A stretch of DNA of 64,000 nt from a virus, in the UHGV virus genome UHGV-1378817. One strand, 5' to 3'. The notes beneath the pieces were generated by a model that searched no databases, was not told the DNA's origin, and saw only the letters and a list, made by a program, of their open reading frames with translations. Position numbers and translations under genes: made by a program. Positions 61,823 through 64,000 of the stretch are shown one piece after another (the first letter of the stretch is position 1; the number at the start of each line of letters is the position of its first letter).

Positions 61823-62805
61823 TGCTAAAACTGTGCACTGCAAAGATTATTGCTGACAGCATTTCCGAGAAAGGTAAGCGTATCACCACTTTTGAACTAG
61901 AGTATCCTCGAATTATTCACTCAGAGCTTATGACGCACCGAGTGTTCAGCCGAAACGCCATGTCTTCCCGTGCAGTACCTGTCGGCAAGATGCTGCAACA
62001 GATTGTGGAGAATCCGGCAATGCCAGTTCGCTTCGGTGTAAATAAGCGAGGAATGGAAGATGGTGGGGAACACGATCAAAAGATCCGTGTAGAGTACACT
62101 GACATGGAGCTAACTCCTGAAGAGTTTTGGAAAGAAGCTGCAAAAAACGCCGCTTGGCATGCAGAGAAGTTCGCCCTTGCTGGTTACCATAAGCAAGTAT
62201 GTAACCGCTTAGTGGAGCCGTTCCAGCGCATGAAAACAGTTGTAACAAGCACCGAGTGGAATAATTTTTTCCACCTCCGTTGCTGGCACGATGCGGATCC
62301 TACGATTCAGATGTTAGCTAATTGTATGTGGGAGGCTCTTGAGAATAGCACTCCTGAAATCCTTAAACCGGGTCAATGGCACACCCCATATGTAGAGCAC
62401 GTTTATTTGGACGGAGAGTTTAACTACGCTGTACGTGACACAGAAGGAAAGCTCTGCATTCTCGATACTAAAGAAGCTCTGTCTATCAGTGCTAGTTGCT
62501 GTGCACAAGTATCTTATCGAAATATTGACAGCACGTTTGAAAAGGCAGATAGTGTGGCTAAAAAATTGATTGGTGGGGATCGTATTCATGCAAGCCCTTA
62601 CGAGCACCAGGCAACACCTATGGATCACGATAACGCAATGGAACGTTTAAACTACTACCTGTCTTCATGTGAAATCACACAAGACATCAGTACTTGGCAG
62701 GAAGGTGTAACCCATCAAGACCGTGATGGTAAATTCTGGTCTGCCAACTTTTGTGGGTGGGTTCAGCACAGACAACTGCTTAATAACCACTTCGTGAAAG
62801 GTTAA
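61822..62805 (+). CDS. thyX: flavin-dependent thymidylate synthase (ThyX-like)
   Basis: SELMTHRVFSRNAMSSRA aligns with the ThyX RHR..S.N..S.R signature; GGAG SD. Confidence 0.7.
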   Translation: MLKLCTAKIIADSISEKGKRITTFELEYPRIIHSELMTHRVFSRNAMSSRAVPVGKMLQQIVENPAMPVRFGVNKRGMEDGGEHDQKIRVEYTDMELTPEEFWKEAAKNAAWHAEKFALAGYHKQVCNRLVEPFQRMKTVVTSTEWNNFFHLRCWHDADPTIQMLANCMWEALENSTPEILKPGQWHTPYVEHVYLDGEFNYAVRDTEGKLCILDTKEALSISASCCAQVSYRNIDSTFEKADSVAKKLIGGDRIHASPYEHQATPMDHDNAMERLNYYLSSCEITQDISTWQEGVTHQDRDGKFWSANFCGWVQHRQLLNNHFVKG

Positions 62806-62806
62806 T

Positions 62807-62823
62807 CCTATCACAGTGATAGG
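62807..62823 (+). terminator. perfect palindrome CCTATCAC-A-GTGATAGG (terminator hairpin or operator)
   Basis: 8-1-8 dyad immediately after ThyX-like stop, followed by TAACTTTTGTG; overlaps region upstream of a consensus promoter. Confidence 0.4.
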
Positions 62824-62834
62824 TAACTTTTGTG

Positions 62835-62863
62835 TTGACTAATAGTATTAGATAATCTATAAT
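62835..62863 (+). promoter_or_regulatory. consensus-like promoter TTGACT-17-TATAAT
   Basis: TTGACT at 62835-62840, 17-nt spacer, TATAAT at 62858-62863; the track ATG at 62865 lies only 2 nt after the -10. Confidence 0.45.
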
Positions 62864-62903
62864 AATGGCTCACTTTGTTGGTGAGCCAGAAATGGAGACA
62901 GAT

Positions 62904-63365
62904 ATGAGTAATGTTATGATTCCTAAAAAGACATTTATTTCAGTTACTTTAGATTTTCTATCTACCGTCCCCGGGTTTAACGTTCGCACACGAAACGGTC
63001 TCCGAGCTGCACTCTTTGCCGTAGGGTTTGATTTAAAAAGTATTGATGTTCTTCGTGGAAAAAACGTTCGATGCAAAAATAAGCCAACACATTATCGAAA
63101 GGCAGATGTATTTGCTGGTGTCATGCGTGCAGACTTTAGATACCCACAAATGTATAACGGTGTAGATATTTTAGATGTAGATAAAGCACCTGGTGAGGCA
63201 ATGCTTGTTCAAGATCTCCCGTATGATATCCCCGTAGAGGATCGTGTTAATGTAAGAAAGTATACAAAACAATCTGAAAAGGCTGAAGATATTCATATTG
63301 TTGATGAACCTTTCAATTTTGAAGATCTGCATCGCCTGGAAAAATTATTCGGTATTGAAAGCTAA
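62904..63365 (+). CDS. hypothetical protein, start revised to internal ATG
   Basis: Track ORF 62865..63365 would begin upstream of the predicted transcript start; ATG 62904 (MSNVMIPKK) is preceded by GGAGA. Confidence 0.35.
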   Translation: MSNVMIPKKTFISVTLDFLSTVPGFNVRTRNGLRAALFAVGFDLKSIDVLRGKNVRCKNKPTHYRKADVFAGVMRADFRYPQMYNGVDILDVDKAPGEAMLVQDLPYDIPVEDRVNVRKYTKQSEKAEDIHIVDEPFNFEDLHRLEKLFGIES

Positions 63366-63375
63366 GGTGGTGAAG

Positions 63376-63606
63376 ATGAATCATAACTCCAAGTGGAAGG
63401 ATCTTGGTTTTGCAAGTCGGGCAGAATATGTTGGTTGGCTTTGGTTCAACGGCCTGACAAACGATATTAAAATGTATGATGATGTTTATTATGACGAGTA
63501 TACAGGTAAAATTATAAATATCTCTGTAGAAGAGGATACCTTTATCCAGCAAGATACTGATACCTGCCTTGATAAATACGTTAATGAAGTGGAGGAAGCA
63601 AATTGA
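63376..63606 (+). CDS. hypothetical small protein (76 aa)
   Basis: ATG 63376 with GGTGGTGAAG upstream; in frame with track ORF 63298..63606. Confidence 0.4.
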   Translation: MNHNSKWKDLGFASRAEYVGWLWFNGLTNDIKMYDDVYYDEYTGKIINISVEEDTFIQQDTDTCLDKYVNEVEEAN

Positions 63607-64000
63607 TCACCAAGGTAATTAAAAGCAACGGATGTGAAGTGGCATTCGATCCAGAACGTTTAAATAAGGCAGCTATTTTCGGTGACGACGGTAACGGCAA
63701 TTGGTCACACATTGCACTGGATGCATACAAACGACTGTATGATGGATGTACAACCAAAGAAGTTAACCAAGCTATCATAGACTCCTGTGTTAGCCGTAAA
63801 GACGAAGCACATTCCCGTATGGCTGGTCGTGTTCTTATTGGTCAGATTTATAAAGAGGCTTTTGGAGGGTTTACAAAGATCCCTTCCTTACCATCATTTT
63901 ACAATGACATGGTTGAGAAAGGTTATTGGGAGGATATGGGTTATAGCTTTACCGAGCTAAACACTTTAGACGCTGTTATTGACCACAGTAAAGATCTCGG
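63603..64000 (+). CDS. nrdA: ribonucleotide reductase large subunit, N-terminal ATP-cone region (partial, continues beyond window)
   Basis: TTG start with GGAGGA SD 6 nt upstream; ITKVIKSNGCEVAFDPERLNKA ... resembles the ATP-cone N-terminus of NrdA-type reductases; no stop before window end. Confidence 0.55.
   Translation, partial: MITKVIKSNGCEVAFDPERLNKAAIFGDDGNGNWSHIALDAYKRLYDGCTTKEVNQAIIDSCVSRKDEAHSRMAGRVLIGQIYKEAFGGFTKIPSLPSFYNDMVEKGYWEDMGYSFTELNTLDAVIDHSKDL

Overview
This window reads as a ~64 kb slice of a large virulent tailed phage with a contractile tail (sheath + tube). A lambda-R-type endolysin suggests an enterobacterial host. All calls come from manual reading of motifs and the supplied ORF track; no database search, fold prediction or tRNA scanner was run. 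Layout: (1) 1-42.3 kb, minus strand: late structural and lysis module (large terminase, portal, scaffold, major capsid, neck, sheath, tube, G/GT-type chaperones with a candidate -1 frameshift, tape measure, baseplate, an Rz/Rz1-like spanin pair, and an unusually large set of tail fibre/spike genes including two paralogous fibres with a Tfa-type chaperone). This region is punctuated by repeated terminator-then-promoter cassettes. (2) 42.75-43.56 kb, minus strand: tightly packed tRNA cluster (Pro-UGG, Met-CAU, Thr-UGU, Ser-UGA, Tyr-GUA, Arg-UCU) plus one atypical 98-nt tRNA-like element and one unclassified structured element, with its own sigma70-type promoter. (3) 43.6-46.1 kb: small minus-strand genes and a long non-coding region with GC-rich islands, an AT-rich tract and four phased dyad-symmetric iterons next to an HTH gene. 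(4) 46.5-64 kb: a P-loop kinase and metallophosphoesterase (minus strand) divergent from a plus-strand early/DNA-metabolism block (RNA-ligase-like, Sir2-like, MazG-like, DNA ligase, endolysin, HNH, C5 and amino DNA methyltransferases, flap endonuclease, RuvC-like, endonuclease VII-like, DEDD exonuclease, dNMP kinase, HAD nucleotidase, ThyX-like, start of a ribonucleotide reductase). The most interesting candidates are the tRNA-repair-like gene set beside the tRNA cluster, the atypical tRNA-like gene, and the iteron/AT-rich hub.
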